Part shown: positions 60,551 to 64,000 of the stretch, one piece after another
Layout of the letters: the number at the start of each line of letters is the position of its first letter
Numbering within the stretch: the first letter of the stretch is position 1
Assembly: GCA_002269645.1 (NCBI GenBank)
Contig: NIVC01001470.1
Location: 1 to 64,000 of the forward strand
Direction: 5' to 3'
Length of the DNA stretch: 64,000 bases
Source of the DNA: Macrostomum lignano
Taxonomy: Eukaryota
Notes under the pieces: generated by a model
What the model saw: only the letters and a program-made list of their open reading frames with translations
Database searches by the model: none
What the model was told of the DNA's origin: nothing
Translations under genes and position numbers: made by a program

Positions 60551-61674
60551 TAACTTTCAAGGCGCCAGTCAATGCGCGTTATTTTAGGGCGCCAGCCACC
60601 ATAGCTAGGGCGATAGCTGATGCAGACGCAAGGATAGCATGACTTGCAGTCCACAAGCAATATTGAAAAATCATCATTTGTACTCATTGCATTGAATCAG
60701 TACTAATAGGAAGCACAAAAGACAACCATTATTATCATACACTTTATTAGTAATTTTAGAAGCAGAGGCAGGTGGTTGTGCCGAAAAGTCTTCTTGAAGT
60801 CAACCTTCGAGGCAGGCAAAAAGCTTGGAATGCAGGTTAACAAGAGTAGACATACACAGCGAAGCAAGTCAAGTATAGTCGCATGGCAACAAACCCGCGG
60901 ACCTCTGGAGATTCCCGGATGGCCGGGGGATGAAGTTGAACTTGCTCGGTGCAACAACTCGCGCAGGGATTCGGATTAGGTTCCGAGCCTGTGCACACGA
61001 TTCCAACCTAAATCAGCGGCGCTGATGAAATCTGGCTGGCCATGACTGCTGGTACCTCAGGCCTATCTATTTCTCTGACCCCTTCCAGCTTCAGCGAGAG
61101 GAGAAAAGACTGCTGGGACCTCGTCGACTTTCCATCAGTTTTGGCAGGCCGAATGCACAAGCATAGGTAGTTGTATACTGTGTATGGCCTCTCGAAACCA
61201 CGTGGCCAGACCCTTTAAAGCCAGCGATTCAATGAGGGGAAATTTCAAAGATAATAATTACCTAGGGAAAATTTGCGTCACATTCTACTGAGATTGGTAA
61301 GTAGTCTGCCTTGTCCAGCTCGCCCAAGGCGCGGCGCGAGACACAAAGCGTTTCGCTAATTTTCTCACCTGATATTTAATTAGCCTGCGCGCAATTAAGC
61401 GCCCACGTGGACTATAATTAAAGCCAGGCACGGCAAATGTGCGATGACTAAAAAGGAAACGATAAAGCTACCCCCGATGCATGGGGAGGCGCAGGGACAG
61501 ACAGGGCGAGCCAAGGTGCGGGACTCTGTCTGAGCTACACGCAATTTGCTGGTATCAGGTTTCAGAGTCAACATGCCCCTCGGATACAGCAAATGTCTCT
61601 ACATTATATAAATTACTCGAGATCAGGAGTGTCTGCATTGTGCCAGTTTGCATCGGAACTCGAAAAATCGCAAC

Positions 61675-62175
61675 ATGTCGTCAGCTTGCACGGGCCTCAC
61701 TCTGCTCAGCCTGGCGTGCAGCTTCAGCTCAATCGGGATGCTTCTGCTAGACTCGAGCGTCATCAACGCCGAGACGGAGCCGCTGGACGCTGCGAGCTCC
61801 CTGACTGTTGGCGCGGTCGGCCTGGCAACTCTGGCCTGGTCGATCGTCTTCGCACAGCGCAGCCGAGACTCTGCTGGCCAGCAGCTGGAGTCTGGCGGCA
61901 GCGTGAGCAAGCGCAGCTGCCAAAACGCGATGAAGCTGCTGGGCCGGCTGCTGATCGCTGCTCAGGCCGCAGCGGCCGGTCTGTTGGGTTTCGTGCTCGC
62001 GCTAAGCACCGTTCAGCTGCACCGCAGGCGAGTCACTTGCACTCCGATAGACGGCCTAGGCTTAGCCGTGAAAGCGCTAGCCGAACTGTCTCTGGTTGCT
62101 ATGGCGATTGTTACCATGGCAACCGTATGGCCAAGTTCAACGGAAGATAACAGCAAGTCAGCTGATGGGTTCTAA
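61675..62175 (+). CDS. Hypothetical small membrane protein with about 4 hydrophobic segments
   Basis: ATG 61675 in ORF 61648-62175; four Leu/Ala/Val-rich stretches; GC-rich against AT-rich flanks. Confidence 0.5.
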   Translation: MSSACTGLTLLSLACSFSSIGMLLLDSSVINAETEPLDAASSLTVGAVGLATLAWSIVFAQRSRDSAGQQLESGGSVSKRSCQNAMKLLGRLLIAAQAAAAGLLGFVLALSTVQLHRRRVTCTPIDGLGLAVKALAELSLVAMAIVTMATVWPSSTEDNSKSADGF

Positions 62176-62819
62176 ATAGACTGCATGGATAATGATAAGA
62201 TTTGGAACCGCATTTTTTTATTTTGTAAAGAATTTTAAACTACTAAACAGGAATACAAAGTTTTATTTGTGTTGTGTGATTTTTTTTCATTAAAATCATG
62301 CTAAGGAAAGTTCGATCTTTTTCTTTTTGGGGGCTGTACATGTAGCTGTCAGCGCCCCTTTCGGCGTCCTTAACCCATGCAGTCAGTGCGAAAGTACTAA
62401 GACTTCAGTGCGTCTGCACTCATTTTCAGATATGACTATGTGGCTTCTGCCTTCTGATGTCAAAATGTGACATTTATTAAGAAACATATTCCAGTGCACG
62501 CAGACTGTATAAAGCCGGTGGGTGTGGCTTCATCGGAATTTCTTTTTCTCATCGAATCTTTGATCCTCTAGGCAAAGACAGCTAGGCGCCCAGTGGACTC
62601 AAAGAAGGCCGGGTAATAAAATGCTTCCATTGCTACACGATCGCGTCTATTTAAATGAACACATCTGATTCTTGAAATCCGAAGAAATCCGATTCTTGTC
62701 TGTTTCAAACTAAACACTTGTTGAGCAATCATGGTTTTCTTTCATGGAAACGTTACAGGTATGTAAGTGTACTGGTGCATACAGTGTTGTGCACAGGTTA
62801 TGAATTGACAATCTTGAAC

Positions 62820-62970
62820 CTAGTGGGTTGCAACCTAATGGTTTTGGACTCACGACTTGAAAGTCGGGGGTTCGATTCTCGACTCACTCTGAACAATTTG
62901 GTTCCTTGAGCAATTGACACTTAATTCTGTATTGCTTCAATTCACCCAGCTGTAAAATGGGCACCAGCAT
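62820..62970 (+). mobile_element. tRNA-derived SINE with CORE-like domain (degenerate)
   Basis: B-box GGTTCGATTC (62869-62878) followed by CCTTGAGCAATTGACACTTAA...CTGTAAAATGGG (62904-62961), which resembles the CORE-SINE central domain. Confidence 0.6.
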
Positions 62971-63396
62971 TAGCTGAAGTAGTGGCGACACTCATGCAGT
63001 CCTTGGACTGAAAAGCCGTACGCAGCCTTCAGATGCCCCGCGCAATAGCTGCGGCTGAGCTGTCGGTTGCACATCTAGCCCAATTGGGACAGGTGTAATC
63101 AATTATTATTATTTATTATTGTCCGTGATCAGAAAGAGAAAGTAAGGTCTGTTGTATGAACGCATGCCTGGCGTACGCATTCGTAGGAATGTACGTACAC
63201 GAAGATCAGCTTCAATGCATCAATAGTTTAACTCTCAACTCTCATCTTTTTAATTTACACGTCGACAAACAAATAGATTAAGGTTTTAAAAAACTTCTTT
63301 TTAATTTATTTTTCAGCCATTCTACTTTATTACTACGGCACAGCGAATCGCTCGCTATTTTCGCCTGAAAATCTTACTCACATCATCACCTTTCGA

Positions 63397-64000
63397 ATGC
63401 GTTACGAAGCTGAACTGGTGCTGAGTTTCGTTATTTCCATCTTGAAAAGCATCGGCTATCCCCTGGGCCTGCTGCTACAGACCCTGGCCGTTATCTACCT
63501 GGTTCGCGGAAACCATGGCTACCCTCCATCAGCCCGCAGCTGGTTCCTCCTGGTGCTGGGAGCGGACATCGGCAGCACACTCTACCGACTGTACGACCTC
63601 ATTACGGTGGACTTTAACATTACAAACCCGTTCATTGAGAATGCGGGCGTGAAAGGCAATTTTGGCCAGCTCTTTATTGCCCTGATGTGGGGCCTGCGAC
63701 GAAGGAGCGACGCTTTAATGCAGGGAATCTTCTGCAAGGCATTCTTCATGGTCCTGTACTTCCCTATTTATCTATCACCCATCGCGCTCACGATCAACTC
63801 GCTGATTCGTTGCTACTGCGTCAAACATCCGCTAAGAGCCGCTGAATTGCCAACCGTTTGCGCAGACAGAGCTCTCAAAGCCTTTGCCGTGGTCTTGTCG
63901 TTGACTATTGCGATCACTGTGGGTATGCTGTCCGTGGATGGTTGGTTTAGCTTGCAGCCAGTCATTACCACCTTGGGAGAAACGGTTTTCTATGGCGATT
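63397..64000 (+). CDS. Divergent rhodopsin-like (class A) GPCR, truncated by the window end
   Basis: Open from ATG 63397 to the end. About 4 TM segments, IFCK at the start of TM3 and a DRY-equivalent IRCYCVKHPLRA. Absent from the ORF track because no stop falls in the window. Confidence 0.7.
   Translation, partial: MRYEAELVLSFVISILKSIGYPLGLLLQTLAVIYLVRGNHGYPPSARSWFLLVLGADIGSTLYRLYDLITVDFNITNPFIENAGVKGNFGQLFIALMWGLRRRSDALMQGIFCKAFFMVLYFPIYLSPIALTINSLIRCYCVKHPLRAAELPTVCADRALKAFAVVLSLTIAITVGMLSVDGWFSLQPVITTLGETVFYGD

Overview
Eukaryotic (animal) genomic DNA with spliceosomal introns and many micro- and minisatellites. The style suggests a free-living flatworm such as Macrostomum, but this is inference only. 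The main feature is a young, apparently intact 11.7-kb Ty3/gypsy-type LTR retroelement on the minus strand (720-12392), with near-identical LTRs, an ATAT target-site duplication, a PBS and a PPT. Its single 2498-aa ORF reads Gag - acidic linker - signal/TM - herpes gB/chuvirus-like class III fusion glycoprotein - TM - protease - RT - RNase H - integrase. The envelope protein is therefore embedded in frame between Gag and Pol. Behind pol the element carries two paralogous accessory ORFs, each with two tandem RING fingers; one has an N-myristoylation signal and the other a textbook splice acceptor. The rest of the window holds host genes: calreticulin, a multi-exon C2H2 zinc-finger gene with a triplicated atypical finger, a LAMMER/CLK kinase, a KChIP/NCS EF-hand gene, a CaaX-ending orphan, a 4-TM orphan and a truncated rhodopsin-like GPCR. 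There is also a hAT-type MITE, a CORE-like SINE and about 17 tandem arrays, one of which has a unit that reads as an exact 34-nt GT-AG mini-intron. Several host CDSs carry 1-nt frameshifts that look like consensus errors.
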